Of a stretch of 64,000 nt of DNA, positions 19,512 through 29,546 are shown piece by piece (positions within the stretch are counted from its first letter, which is position 1; each line of letters begins with the position of its first letter). A program made the position numbers and the translations under genes. Under the pieces are notes generated by a model that did not search any database, was not told the DNA's origin, and worked only from the letters and a program-made list of their open reading frames with translations. The stretch comes from Candidatus Moraniibacteriota bacterium (GTDB taxonomy: Bacteria; Patescibacteriota; Minisyncoccia; Moranbacterales; DUUL01), in assembly GCA_027008775.1 (NCBI GenBank), contig JALVDV010000004.1, positions 24,544-88,543 on the forward strand, read 5' to 3'.

Positions 19512-20129
19512 ATGGCAAAAATGAAAAACAGTTTAGAAGAATTGTTTGGGTCCAAGGAACGTTGGCGTTTGATTAAACTTTTTATTTTGAATGGTGAAAA
19601 TAAATATACAGTGGCGGAAATAGTAAGGAGAAATAAAATGGATGGGCGTAAGGTTCGTTCCATTATTAACCAGTTTGTCAGGGCCGGTTTTTTAAAAGAG
19701 AGAACGATGAAAAAAATAAAATATTATCAAGTAAATGTTGCTTTTCCATTTTTTGACGGATTGAAGCAACTGGTTATTCGTTCCAATTTGTATCCGGAAT
19801 GCGCTAGCTTGAAAAAAATAGAAAACTTGGGCAATGTTAAGCTCGGTTTAGTCTCGGGAATTTTTTTTGATAACAGCATTTCTAAAGCAGATTTGTTAAT
19901 TGTGGGCGATCATATTTCCAATGCCAAAATGAAGCATTTATTGGAGGATTTGGAGATTGAATTGGGGCGAGAGGTGAATTATTCCTTGATGACTCTGGAG
20001 GAATTTAAATATCGCATCAATATGTTTGATAAGTTTATTTTGGAATTTTTTGAAGGTCCCCATGAGATTATTGTCAATAAAGTTCCGAATGAAATCAGGC
20101 AATTGAAGAGGGCTAAAAAAATATCATAA
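19512..20129 (+). CDS. Winged-helix protein with degenerate nucleotidyltransferase-like C-terminal domain
   Basis: LFGSKERWRLIKLF wHTH-like start; KADLLIVGD; LEIELGREVNYSLM. Confidence 0.6.
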   Translation: MAKMKNSLEELFGSKERWRLIKLFILNGENKYTVAEIVRRNKMDGRKVRSIINQFVRAGFLKERTMKKIKYYQVNVAFPFFDGLKQLVIRSNLYPECASLKKIENLGNVKLGLVSGIFFDNSISKADLLIVGDHISNAKMKHLLEDLEIELGREVNYSLMTLEEFKYRINMFDKFILEFFEGPHEIIVNKVPNEIRQLKRAKKIS

Positions 20130-20602
20130 TGAATAAAATTCAGCCGAAAACTTTTGTTAGAAAGAATTTGGAAGTTCTTGAGGTTTTGTTTTGGAAGAAC
20201 AAAGTTTTGGTTTTTCTGGTTTATAGTTCTTTGTTTTTAAATCTGTTGATCTGGGGGGTTCTTTTTTGGTTTTTTAAAAATGCTGGGGAGTATAATTTAA
20301 TTATTCACTATAATGTTTACTTGGGTGTTGATGGGATTTTGATAAATGATGAACCTCAGAGTTGGTTTAATTTGTTTTTGCCGGCGGCCGGAGGATTTTT
20401 ATTTTGGCTGATTAGTGTTTGGTTAAGTGTTTTTTTAATTTTTCAACTGGATAGGTTTGATAATAACAAGAGCGCTTTGAGTTCTTTTATCAGTAACAGG
20501 TCAATTAGTTTTGTCAGCGTGAGAATTTTATTGATTAGCGCTTGGATGTTGCAACTTGTTTTGTTGGTGTATATAATTTCTCTTTGGGTAATAAATTACT
20601 AG
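20129..20602 (+). CDS. Membrane protein (hypothetical)
   Basis: Three TMs and an IIHYNVYLGVD motif; translationally coupled to its neighbours. Confidence 0.65.
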   Translation: MNKIQPKTFVRKNLEVLEVLFWKNKVLVFLVYSSLFLNLLIWGVLFWFFKNAGEYNLIIHYNVYLGVDGILINDEPQSWFNLFLPAAGGFLFWLISVWLSVFLIFQLDRFDNNKSALSSFISNRSISFVSVRILLISAWMLQLVLLVYIISLWVINY

Positions 20603-20603
20603 A

Positions 20604-22325
20604 ATGGTAACTAAAAAAAATTGGTCTTATCCTGACCCGAAAACCACTGATCCGGTGGAGCATCGTATTCAAAGGTTCTGGGAAATATTGCCCGGCTTTT
20701 TGACTTGGTTAACTTTACTGGGGATGTTCTTTTTTGCCTGGTGGAAGCCGGTATGGGCGGCGGTTTTTATTATTTCTTATGATCTTTACTGGTTGTACAA
20801 GACGATTTATATTGCCAGTTATTCCATTATGTCTTACCGAAAGATGCGTCGCTGGGAAAAAATTGATTGGCTTCATCGTCTGAAGGCCATTTTCAAAGGG
20901 AAAAAAATATTGAAGGAGTTGGATGAAGAAATTGCCAGACTGGAGAAAAGGATTAAAGAGGCTCCTTTGTTTAGCAAGAAAAGACGAGAATTGAAACAGC
21001 AACTAGTAGAGAGAAAGAATTTTAGGAAAAGAGCGGAAAAAGATTTGCGTCATCGTGACAAATTTTTGGACTGGCGGAAGGTTTACCATGTTATTTTATT
21101 GCCCAATGCTATAGAGACAGCAGAAAATATTAGACCGGCCATTCAAGCGGTTTTAGATTCCAATTATCCGAAAGACAAAATAATTATTGTCTTGGCGATG
21201 GAAGAGAGGGAGCCGGAGGAGAAGCGGAAAAAGAAAGAGAGAATATTGAGGCGAGAATTTGGCGATAAATTTTTTGATTTTATTGTTACCGTTCATAAGG
21301 TGAAGGGTAAGGAAATGAAGTGTAAGGCCTCCAATACAACTTACGCTGCCAAAAAAATTAAGAAATATTTGGAGGAGAAAAATATTCCTTTGGAAAATGT
21401 TATCTTATCCAATCTTGATTGTGAGTCCAGAATTCACCCGCAGTACTTGGCGGCTTTGACTTACGCTTATGTGACAGAACCAAAACGTTTGCAATACGCT
21501 TACCAACCCTTGCCGATGTATCATAACAATCTTTGGGACACAATTGCACCGGTGCGAATAATTGTAACAGGATCGTCTTTTTGGCACATGGTGGAGGCAA
21601 TGCGTCCGGAGCATATGGTGACCTTCTCTTCGCACAGTGAACCATTTAAAACTATTGTTGATATCGGTTATTGGCCGGTTAATGTTATTTCCGAGGATTC
21701 TTTGGTATTTTGGAACGCCTATAATTATTTTGATGGTGATTATGAAGTGAAGCCGATTTATTTGCCGGTTTCCATGGATGCGGTTTTGGGTAATAATTAT
21801 TGGCACACCATTAAAAATCAATACAAGCAAAATCACCGCTGGGCTTACGGGATTGAAAATTTACCCTTGCTTTATCGGGCGATGCGCAAAAACAAAAAAA
21901 TTCCTTTTTGGACCAAGGTAAGACACCTTTTTACCATGTTGGAAGGTCATCATAGTTGGGCCACTTCTTCTTTTATTTTAGCTTTGCTGGGCTGGTTGCC
22001 GTTGATTTTGGGGGGCAACAAATTTAATGAATCAATTTTGGCGCACAACTTGCCTTTTGTTACTCGTTATTTGATGACGATTGCTTTAGTTGGCTTGTTT
22101 GTTTCTATGATTTTGAGTTTGTTTTTAATGCCGGCTAGACCAAGAGGACATTCTCGTAAAAAATATTTGGTGATGATTTTACAGTGGGTAATAGCGCCGA
22201 TTATTGCTCCTTTTTTAGGAGCGGCGCCGGCGGTACATGCTCAAACAAGGTTGATGTTGAAGCGTTATATGGGAGAGTTTTGGGTAACGGAAAAAATTAT
22301 CAAAAAACCGAAAAGCTCTAGATAG
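20604..22325 (+). CDS. Glycosyltransferase family 2, processive membrane type
   Basis: KASN, LDCE (DxD-like), ISEDS, QNHRWAYG (QxxRW); flanking TMs. Confidence 0.85.
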   Translation: MVTKKNWSYPDPKTTDPVEHRIQRFWEILPGFLTWLTLLGMFFFAWWKPVWAAVFIISYDLYWLYKTIYIASYSIMSYRKMRRWEKIDWLHRLKAIFKGKKILKELDEEIARLEKRIKEAPLFSKKRRELKQQLVERKNFRKRAEKDLRHRDKFLDWRKVYHVILLPNAIETAENIRPAIQAVLDSNYPKDKIIIVLAMEEREPEEKRKKKERILRREFGDKFFDFIVTVHKVKGKEMKCKASNTTYAAKKIKKYLEEKNIPLENVILSNLDCESRIHPQYLAALTYAYVTEPKRLQYAYQPLPMYHNNLWDTIAPVRIIVTGSSFWHMVEAMRPEHMVTFSSHSEPFKTIVDIGYWPVNVISEDSLVFWNAYNYFDGDYEVKPIYLPVSMDAVLGNNYWHTIKNQYKQNHRWAYGIENLPLLYRAMRKNKKIPFWTKVRHLFTMLEGHHSWATSSFILALLGWLPLILGGNKFNESILAHNLPFVTRYLMTIALVGLFVSMILSLFLMPARPRGHSRKKYLVMILQWVIAPIIAPFLGAAPAVHAQTRLMLKRYMGEFWVTEKIIKKPKSSR

Positions 22326-22412
22326 AGGTTGGTCCGGTTTGATCTGAGCGGAAATTACTTCTAATATTTATTCAGGTAGTTCTTGGGGTTGGTTCGTTAT
22401 TAATACTTGCTT

Positions 22413-23390
22413 ATGCTTTGGATTTTTTTTCAGTCTCTTTTATTAAGCGCTTTTTTGTTTTTAGTGTTGAGAAAGTGGTTGCCGATTGAAAAGAAAAGAT
22501 GGGGCGGGGCGGTGATGATATTTGTTTTTATTTGCTTAACGTTATGGCATTCAGAGTTGGAGTTGAGTAGGCAATTGGTTGGTTTGCTGTTAGGGAGCGG
22601 GGCGATTTTGCTATTCGGACTAGTTGACGACAAGAAAAATTTTTCTTGGGTTAGTCAGTTAGTTTTTCAATTTTTTTTGGCGTTGGCGTTATTTTTTTTC
22701 GGTTTTCAAATTGACTTTTTTAAATTGGGACCGGAACAAATTGTTAGATTGGATCAGATTGTTTTTTGGGGCATTGCCTGGCCGAGTATTTTTTTTGTTT
22801 TGGTCTGGTTTCTTGTTTCGGTCAATGCCGTTAATTGGTTTGATGGTTCCGATTCGGCGCTGGCCGGTTTAGCCTTGGTGGCCGGCTTGGGCTTACTCTA
22901 TGTCAGTTTTTTGCCGGAAGTGAATCAACCGGCTATAGGTATTTTGAGCGCTATTTTACTGGGAGCGGTGACGGCTTTTTTGTTTTTTAATTTGCCACCG
23001 GCCAAGTTGGAAGCCGGGACTTCCGGGAGTTATTTTATAGCTTTTGTTTTGGCCGGTTTGGCGATTATGGCCGGCAGTAAGATTTTGACTTTGATGATTG
23101 TTTTGATTTTGCCCCTACTTGATTTTTTTTGGGTGTTAGTTGGCCGTTGGCGAAGAGGACAGTCAATTTTTCAGAGAGATAAAAGTCATTTACACCATCG
23201 TTTGCAAAAAATAGGTTGGCAAGACAGGGATATATTTCTTTTGTATATGTCTTTTTTGACAGTTGTTTTGATTATTTATTCTTTGCTGACAGACCGTTGG
23301 GCGCGTTTGGGTTTGCTTTTCTCGGAAGCTCTGATTATTCTATTGTTTTTTTCTTTTGTACAGTTTAGACTAAAAAAAATTAAAAGTTAA
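22413..23390 (+). CDS. MraY/WecA/TagO family undecaprenyl-phosphate sugar-1-P transferase
   Basis: GLVDDKK, NAVNWFDGSD, FNLPPAK, DKSHLHHRL. Confidence 0.88.
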   Translation: MLWIFFQSLLLSAFLFLVLRKWLPIEKKRWGGAVMIFVFICLTLWHSELELSRQLVGLLLGSGAILLFGLVDDKKNFSWVSQLVFQFFLALALFFFGFQIDFFKLGPEQIVRLDQIVFWGIAWPSIFFVLVWFLVSVNAVNWFDGSDSALAGLALVAGLGLLYVSFLPEVNQPAIGILSAILLGAVTAFLFFNLPPAKLEAGTSGSYFIAFVLAGLAIMAGSKILTLMIVLILPLLDFFWVLVGRWRRGQSIFQRDKSHLHHRLQKIGWQDRDIFLLYMSFLTVVLIIYSLLTDRWARLGLLFSEALIILLFFSFVQFRLKKIKS

Positions 23391-23398
23391 TTTTAAAA

Positions 23399-23863
23399 AT
23401 GAATTCTATTGGAAGAGAAAAAATGCTTTGGATATTTGGTCTGCTGATTTTATTGGTTTTGTTTTTCCTGTTGATTTGGAATTTAAGCGCTCGTTTTTTT
23501 GCGAACAAGGATTTGGTGTTTTTGGAAGTAAATGGCGAAGTGATTAAAGTTTGGTTGGCCGATGATGACCAAGAACGTTTTCGGGGCTTGAGTGACAGAG
23601 TTGATTTAGGTCCGGCTGAAGGGATGTTATTTTTATACGACCGGTCGGAATATCACGCTCATGTGATGAGAAGGATGCTTTTTCCTTTGGATTTTTTGTT
23701 TGTTGATGGTGATCAGGTGGTTGACTTGGTGAAGGGCATTCCTCAAAATTTTCCTGGTTTAATAAAGGGTCGGAAGCAGTATGACAAGGTTTTGGAGTTG
23801 CCGGCCGGTTGGATAAATAAACATAAGATACAAGTGGGAGACAAAATTAAGTTTTTGTTTTGA
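23399..23863 (+). CDS. DUF192 domain protein
   Basis: ERFRGLS...EGMLFLY...FPLDFLFV...VLELPAG...IQVGDKI. Confidence 0.88.
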   Translation: MNSIGREKMLWIFGLLILLVLFFLLIWNLSARFFANKDLVFLEVNGEVIKVWLADDDQERFRGLSDRVDLGPAEGMLFLYDRSEYHAHVMRRMLFPLDFLFVDGDQVVDLVKGIPQNFPGLIKGRKQYDKVLELPAGWINKHKIQVGDKIKFLF

Positions 23864-24219
23864 CAGAGATGTTGACGATGAATTTCAAAAATGACCGCAA
23901 ATATTTTTGGACTATGCATGCGCGTCGGAAAATCAGGCAATATAATTTGTCGCCGGGTTTAGTTAAAAGGATTTTACGAAATCCGGACAGAGTGGAAGAG
24001 GGAATTGCGCAGAAAACAATTGCGGCGATGAAAGACAAATCCACTAAATCACAAGAAAAAGAAGTTTGGGTAATGTATCAACTGCTTAAAAGTCAACGTA
24101 AAAAAATCATTTCCGCTTGGATCTATCCGGGCAAAACAAAACCGGGTAAGGAAATTTTTATTCCGGATGAAGTGTTGTTGGAATTGGAGAAGATACGGAA
24201 GGGAAACAAAGATGAATAA
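23860..24219 (+). CDS. Small basic hypothetical protein (DUF4258-like)
   Basis: WTMHARRKIRQY...ILRNPDRVEEGIA...EVWVMY...KIISAW. Confidence 0.6.
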   Translation: MTEMLTMNFKNDRKYFWTMHARRKIRQYNLSPGLVKRILRNPDRVEEGIAQKTIAAMKDKSTKSQEKEVWVMYQLLKSQRKKIISAWIYPGKTKPGKEIFIPDEVLLELEKIRKGNKDE

Positions 24220-24222
24220 AGT

Positions 24223-25266
24223 TTATTTCTCTGAAGAAGCTCTTGTTACTTTGGGTTGTTTTTGGGAAGAGAGAAAGTTGTTAACCAGAGAGAGAATTTT
24301 GTTGAAATCGTTTTCCCAGATTATTCTTTGATCTCGCCGGAACCAAGTTCTTTGTCGTTTGGCGTAATTTTTTTCCGCCAAGAAAATTTTTTCCAGAAGA
24401 TCTTGTTTGTTTAGTGGTGGTTTATCGGAATTGTTTTTTGCTGATAGAGATTCCTTTTTCTGAAGATAAAGAGGAATCCAGTAATAGGCTAGGCCGAATT
24501 TTTGAATATCTTCCCAAGTCATTTGGTATTTCTTTTTGATGTTTTTTACTTCTTCAATCATTCCCTCTGTCCAGCGACTTTGTAGTCGTTTTTTGATTTT
24601 TTGGGCCAGTTTTTCTCTGGGCCAGTCAAGGCCTATTTGTAGAAAATCTAGGTGGCGAGGAGGTTTTTTTCTGGGCGCGGGCATTTTTCCCAGGGTGTTG
24701 ATTATTTCCAGAGCTCTGATGAGGCGTTGTCTATTGTGCGAATCAATTTTTCGGGCGTAGCAAGCATCTTTATTTTTTAAGAGGACAAAAAGTTCTTCCG
24801 TTGTTTTTTGGGAGAGTTGTTGACGAAAATTTTGGTTTGGTTTGATGGCCGGAAAGATTGGTTGGTCAATAAGAGCTTGGATCCAGAAACCGGTACCTCC
24901 GCAAACAATGGGGATTTTTTGGCGAGCCGATATTTGTTTAATCAGGCGTAAAGCGTCTTTTTGAAAATTGCTGACATTATAACGATTTTCGTCTTGCAAA
25001 TGTCGGCGAGGGTCTTCAAAGTCAAGTAGGTGGTGAGGAATTTCGCGATAGAAATAAATTTCTTGGTCTTTGTTTTTTTGCCAATACCCGGGAACTTTGC
25101 CGGTGCCCAGATTTAGGTCACAGTAAATTTGTCGGGAATCAGCGGAGATTATTTCTCCGTTTATTTTTTGCGCCAAATCCACGGCCAGGTCCGATTTGCC
25201 GGAAGAAGTCGGTCCGAGGATGACAATAACTTTGGTGTTTTCTGTCTGGCTTTTGTTCTTGTTCAT
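24223..25266 (-). CDS. miaA: tRNA (adenosine(37)-N6)-dimethylallyltransferase
   Basis: GPTSSGKS, EIISADSRQIY, GGTGFW, RLIRALEI, YAKRQRTWFR. Confidence 0.95.
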   Translation of the reverse strand: MNKNKSQTENTKVIVILGPTSSGKSDLAVDLAQKINGEIISADSRQIYCDLNLGTGKVPGYWQKNKDQEIYFYREIPHHLLDFEDPRRHLQDENRYNVSNFQKDALRLIKQISARQKIPIVCGGTGFWIQALIDQPIFPAIKPNQNFRQQLSQKTTEELFVLLKNKDACYARKIDSHNRQRLIRALEIINTLGKMPAPRKKPPRHLDFLQIGLDWPREKLAQKIKKRLQSRWTEGMIEEVKNIKKKYQMTWEDIQKFGLAYYWIPLYLQKKESLSAKNNSDKPPLNKQDLLEKIFLAEKNYAKRQRTWFRRDQRIIWENDFNKILSLVNNFLSSQKQPKVTRASSEK

Positions 25267-25470
25267 AAACAGTTTTATTGGTGACCGAAAATTATTTATT
25301 GTTTTTTGGATGGCTTCTTGTTTGTTGTATAGCATACAACATTTGTTGGAAAAGAAAAGGCTTGGCTTGATGGTTTTGTTCCTATTTTTCCAAAAAATAG
25401 GGGGTTATTTTGATAAATCAGAGAGCCAATGTTTGGTTGACAAATTTATTAAAATGTGCTAGACTGCTAC

Positions 25471-25606
25471 GGTCAGCCGATTGAGGTTGATTTTTTATTT
25501 GCTCGGGCTAAAACAAGGTTTTTGTCCAAAATTAAGCAAATAAATATGCCCAGTAAGTCAATGCTAGTCCCATTTGATTTGTGGGCATTCCCGTTTTAGC
25601 GGGAAT
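25471..25606 (+). ncRNA. Candidate structured cis-regulatory 5' leader (four hairpins)
   Basis: Promoter TTGACA-17-TAGACT at 25437-25465 followed by four consecutive stem-loops before ATG 25625. Confidence 0.4.
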
Positions 25607-25624
25607 AATCAATTAAATTGTTTA

Positions 25625-26173
25625 ATGAGTAAAATCATTAAATTAATTTTGTTGCTGTTGTTGGTTTTGTTGCCGATGACAGCTTTGGCCGGAGATTTTC
25701 GGAAAGGGGAGGGAAATAAAATTTATCTTTCCTCGGCTTCCGGTAAGGTTAATGTTCAAACAAAACTTGAAGAAAAATTGTCGCCGGATGTTTTCCAATT
25801 TAAAACCAGGCTGGAGGAAAACATGGAAAGACGAAATAAATTGGTTTTGGAAAAGTACAAAAACAAATTAAACAAAAGTAACTTCAAAACGGGTAAAAAG
25901 CAGATTTTGGTGACCGGTTATTCATCTACGCCGGATCAATGTTCGGGAGACCCTTTCCGGACAGCCAGTGGAACGAGAGTTCACAAGGGCACGATGGCTT
26001 GTCCGCCACAATATCCTTTCGGGACCAAGATTGTGATTGAAAATGTGGGAACTTTTGTTTGCGAGGATCGTGGGGGAGCGATTAAGGGAAATCATTTTGA
26101 TATGTGGTTTTCTTCCCGAAGCCAGGCTTTGGCTTGGGGAAAGAGAGTGGTAATGGCGGAAATTGTTAATTAA
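25625..26173 (+). CDS. Secreted 3D-domain peptidoglycan-associated protein
   Basis: Signal peptide (ALA); TGYSSTPDQC, TASGTRV, PFGTKI, CEDRGGAIKGNHFDMW. Confidence 0.9.
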   Translation: MSKIIKLILLLLLVLLPMTALAGDFRKGEGNKIYLSSASGKVNVQTKLEEKLSPDVFQFKTRLEENMERRNKLVLEKYKNKLNKSNFKTGKKQILVTGYSSTPDQCSGDPFRTASGTRVHKGTMACPPQYPFGTKIVIENVGTFVCEDRGGAIKGNHFDMWFSSRSQALAWGKRVVMAEIVN

Positions 26174-26443
26174 AAAGTGATTTTCGAAGTTAACAAGAGG
26201 ATTGAAATTGAAAATAAGCAAAATTGTTTAAACAAGAAGCGGGCTGCCCCCGCTTTTTGTTTTTGGAGTAATAAAGAATTTTTTAGTTTTGATTTTTCAG
26301 GAGAAGGTCGATTGTTTTTTTAGTTGCACAAAGGGATATCTCTCCGGTTTTGTCAGTTTTACTTGACTGTATCTTTGTTTTCTTTATAATTGACCGTGTT
26401 GGTGTGAGTTCATTTTCTTAGAAAAATAGAAGGAGGAAACAAA

Positions 26444-26644
26444 ATGAAACTGGACAAACAGAAATTCAGGCCACTAGAAGAGGTGGAGATGCCGGACTCA
26501 CAACGCGATTTTCTTCGTTCTTGTGGGGTAGGGTATGCTTACAAATATGGTGACAGGTGGTATGCGGAAAGACGAATTTGTGGTGTAGCGCTCTATTTCT
26601 ATGGTCGCGGAGATAAGGCTGATAGCTGGGAGAGAGTTTTTTAA
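26444..26644 (+). CDS. Small hypothetical protein, stand-alone transcription unit
   Basis: TTGACT-16-TATAAT at 26363-26390; AAGGAGG at 26430-26436; hairpin GGGCAGATA...TATCTGCCC with T-tract at 26653-26691. Confidence 0.6.
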   Translation: MKLDKQKFRPLEEVEMPDSQRDFLRSCGVGYAYKYGDRWYAERRICGVALYFYGRGDKADSWERVF

Positions 26645-26737
26645 CGTGTTTAGGGCAGATATTAAAAATGAGGTATCTGCCCCCTTTTTTTATAAATGCT
26701 TGCCTTCACAAAAACTCAATTTTTCCGTTTTCATTAA

Positions 26738-27145
26738 TTAATCAATAAAACCAAAATGTTTTAGGGTGGGGATGATGTTGGGCGCCAGGTTTTCTTTTTC
26801 CAAGTCGGATAGATTGAGCCAAGCCCAATCTTTGATAAAATCGGCCGGTTTGACGGGAGTTAGTCTTTCAGCCAAATAGTGTACCAAGATGACATCAAGT
26901 TTTTCTTGGCCAACATTTTTTTGGGTATAAAGCAGAAATGGTTGGTCGGACAAAATTTTGATCTCAATGCCGAGTTCTTCGCGGGAGCGGATGATGGCTG
27001 TTTCTTGCAAGTTTTTTCCGGGTTTGATTTGTCCGCCACAAAATTTCCAGAAGTCGGAATCACCGTGTTTGTCCAATAAGACCTTGTTGTTTTCCACGAT
27101 TACCGGTCCAGAGGCGATGATGATTTTATTTGTTGTTTCAACCAT
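26738..27145 (-). CDS. NUDIX hydrolase
   Basis: WKFCGGQIKPGKNLQETAIIRSREELGI, a degenerate Nudix box. Confidence 0.8.
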   Translation of the reverse strand: MVETTNKIIIASGPVIVENNKVLLDKHGDSDFWKFCGGQIKPGKNLQETAIIRSREELGIEIKILSDQPFLLYTQKNVGQEKLDVILVHYLAERLTPVKPADFIKDWAWLNLSDLEKENLAPNIIPTLKHFGFID

Positions 27146-27190
27146 GGTCTGTATTAATTCTTTATAAGAAATTGAAAAAAGTGTTTTTGA

Positions 27191-27790
27191 TTACTTATTT
27201 TGGTCTAACTTTTTGTAGGTCATTTTCTTAAGATTTTTCCACCAGTTAGTGGAAGAGGTTTTTTCCATTTCGGTCAGGAGTTTTTTGGCTGATTCGGTTT
27301 CAACCGCTTTGGAAACATTGTCAATCCAGTTTTGGGTGGAAGAATATCCTTGTTCTTTATATTCCTTGGCTTGAAAAGCCATTTCCAGCCAATCGGCGTC
27401 TCTGGCTACAATGCCTTCTTTGGTGTTTCTGTCTGTAAATTCTTGAAAGTATTTTTGCCATTTTTCTTCAACTGTTGTTCCCAAGTTTTCTATTTGTTCC
27501 CGGAAGGCTTGACGAGAAGGTTCTTTGTTGGAGTAGTAACGGGCGGCAACTTTATGTTGGTCGCCAATTCTGGCTTCGGCGATGTCATGAATAATAAGCA
27601 TAGAAGCGACTTTTTCCGGGTTGACATTTTCCATAACGGCCAGAATGTAGCCAATTTGGGCGGCGCGTAAAGTGTGTTCGGCGATGGAAGCGGAGCCGGC
27701 CGCCGGCAGGCCGGCCAACGACCAACCACTGGTTTTTCTTTTTAATTGACTCATCTCAAAGATGAAGTTGACGATTTTCTTGATGTCCAT
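27191..27790 (-). CDS. HD-domain phosphohydrolase (YfbR/HD_3-like)
   Basis: LKR..GW, SIAEHT, IIHDIAEARIGD, RDADWLE. Confidence 0.85.
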   Translation of the reverse strand: MDIKKIVNFIFEMSQLKRKTSGWSLAGLPAAGSASIAEHTLRAAQIGYILAVMENVNPEKVASMLIIHDIAEARIGDQHKVAARYYSNKEPSRQAFREQIENLGTTVEEKWQKYFQEFTDRNTKEGIVARDADWLEMAFQAKEYKEQGYSSTQNWIDNVSKAVETESAKKLLTEMEKTSSTNWWKNLKKMTYKKLDQNK

Positions 27791-27872
27791 TATTTTGCTT
27801 GTTTACTTTTTATTTTTGCTTATTTTTCATTTTTATTGTAAATGAATTATAGTTGTTTGACAATTCTGATAT

Positions 27873-29504
27873 TTAATGGCGATGTAATTTTTTGACCAAA
27901 TAAGTTTCTCGCAAACGATAGCCGTGACGACGGTAATAATGACGAACGCCAACGCCGGAAATAACGACTATTTTTTGTTGTTGGGCGGGAATGCCCAGTT
28001 TGCCTAATTCTTGCCGACTGATTTTTTCCGCCAGTTGCAGAAGCTTTTTGCCCAGACCGTGGTGTTGGGGCGAATGTTTGCTTTTTTGTTTAAGGGAAGT
28101 TAATTGGCCGTAGGTGTGCAATTCTCTGATAACGGCGGAATTTTTGAGGACTTTTGGCAGGTCAGTGGCGTCGGGGCGATTAATTCTTAGGCGGAGTAAA
28201 GAATAAAGTTTGTTGTTTTGGTCAATAAATTGCAAAAAAATCTCCTTGCCTTGAGAAGCGGGATAGTCAATTCTTTGCAATTTGATTTTCCCTTTGGTTG
28301 GTAATTGATTTTTAATCTCTCGGCAACGGATACATTGGCAGTTGGTTTTGGGCGCGATTATTTGACGTAGATTGGAAATGTTGGGTCCGGCTTCTATGGC
28401 CGGCAGAGGGACATCGCGGACGAGTCTTTGAATGCGAACGTATGGAGGAATGATTTCGTTTTTCACTTTGATTATCAGTTTTTCAAAATCTTTGTTGCTG
28501 AGGGGTTGATACTGGTCTTTTTTCCACCAACGATAAAGAAGAGAGTTTTTGATGACTAAGGTGGGGTAAATTTTTAACATATCCGGTTGGAAATCCGGGT
28601 TGCGAAATATTTCTTTGAACATTTCTAGATCTTTCTGCGGGCTGGAACCGGGTAGGCCGGGCATTAAATGGTAGTTGATTTTAAAACCGGCTTGTTTAAG
28701 CAGGCGAGTGGCTTGGATGGTGACAGCGGTGGAGTGACCACGTTTATTTTTTTTAAGAACATCATCAAAAATTGATTGCACACCCAGTTCCACGCGGGTG
28801 CAACCCAATTCTCTAAAATTTGTTATTTCTTCTTGGTCAATCCAATCAGGTCTGGTTTCCAAAGTAAGGCCGACAATTCTGACAGAGGCGCTCTCGTTTC
28901 TTTTTTGTTCGGCGTTAAGGGAGAAGTTGGTTTTTTTTGACTTCTTTCTTTTTTCCGTTTGAAAAGTTGAAGGAGAAAATTCATTGCAAGCGCGAAAACA
29001 TTCTTTGATAAACCAACGTTGGTATTTTTTGGGAAAGTAAGAAAAAGTTCCGCCCATAACAATCAATTCTATTTTATCTATGGGGTGTCCGTTGATGAGT
29101 AGTGAGTAAAGGCGATTTTGAACTTGTTGGTAGGGATGAAATTTGTTGAGAATGGCGCGCATAACGGCCGGTTCGTTGGAGAGATAACTTTTGGGCATAT
29201 TTTTTTCATTGGGACAAAAAGCGCACTGACCGGGACAGGGGTATGGTTTGGTAAGAACGGCCACAACCGCCACGCCGGATTGGGTACGGACGGCGCGAGC
29301 TTGCATTGCTTTTTCCAACGTTTTCTTCCTTTTTATTTTCTTTTGTGATACCATTTTTTCGTATTCCTCTCTCAAATCAGCGTTGGTCGGTTGGGCTAAT
29401 TGTCGTTCGGAATAGAATTGTTTTTTCAGTTTGAGGAAACGTTTGTTGGAGGTTATTTTTTGCTGGAGAGCAAATTTGATAAATTGTTGATCTAGAGAAG
29501 TCAT
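27873..29504 (-). CDS. elp3: Elp3 radical-SAM/KAT tRNA uridine(34) carboxymethyltransferase
   Basis: CPGQCAFCP, MPKSY, IVMGGTF, ETRPD, RVELGVQS, KIYPT, CQCIRCRE, RELHTYG, QHHGLGKKL, VISGVGVRHYYR. The ORF-track extension to 29816 overlaps the opposite gene, so the start is placed at 29504. Confidence 0.93.
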   Translation of the reverse strand: MTSLDQQFIKFALQQKITSNKRFLKLKKQFYSERQLAQPTNADLREEYEKMVSQKKIKRKKTLEKAMQARAVRTQSGVAVVAVLTKPYPCPGQCAFCPNEKNMPKSYLSNEPAVMRAILNKFHPYQQVQNRLYSLLINGHPIDKIELIVMGGTFSYFPKKYQRWFIKECFRACNEFSPSTFQTEKRKKSKKTNFSLNAEQKRNESASVRIVGLTLETRPDWIDQEEITNFRELGCTRVELGVQSIFDDVLKKNKRGHSTAVTIQATRLLKQAGFKINYHLMPGLPGSSPQKDLEMFKEIFRNPDFQPDMLKIYPTLVIKNSLLYRWWKKDQYQPLSNKDFEKLIIKVKNEIIPPYVRIQRLVRDVPLPAIEAGPNISNLRQIIAPKTNCQCIRCREIKNQLPTKGKIKLQRIDYPASQGKEIFLQFIDQNNKLYSLLRLRINRPDATDLPKVLKNSAVIRELHTYGQLTSLKQKSKHSPQHHGLGKKLLQLAEKISRQELGKLGIPAQQQKIVVISGVGVRHYYRRHGYRLRETYLVKKLHRH

Positions 29505-29546
29505 ATTGGTGAAAGTTCTGTTGATGATAATAATTATTTGTTGTTG

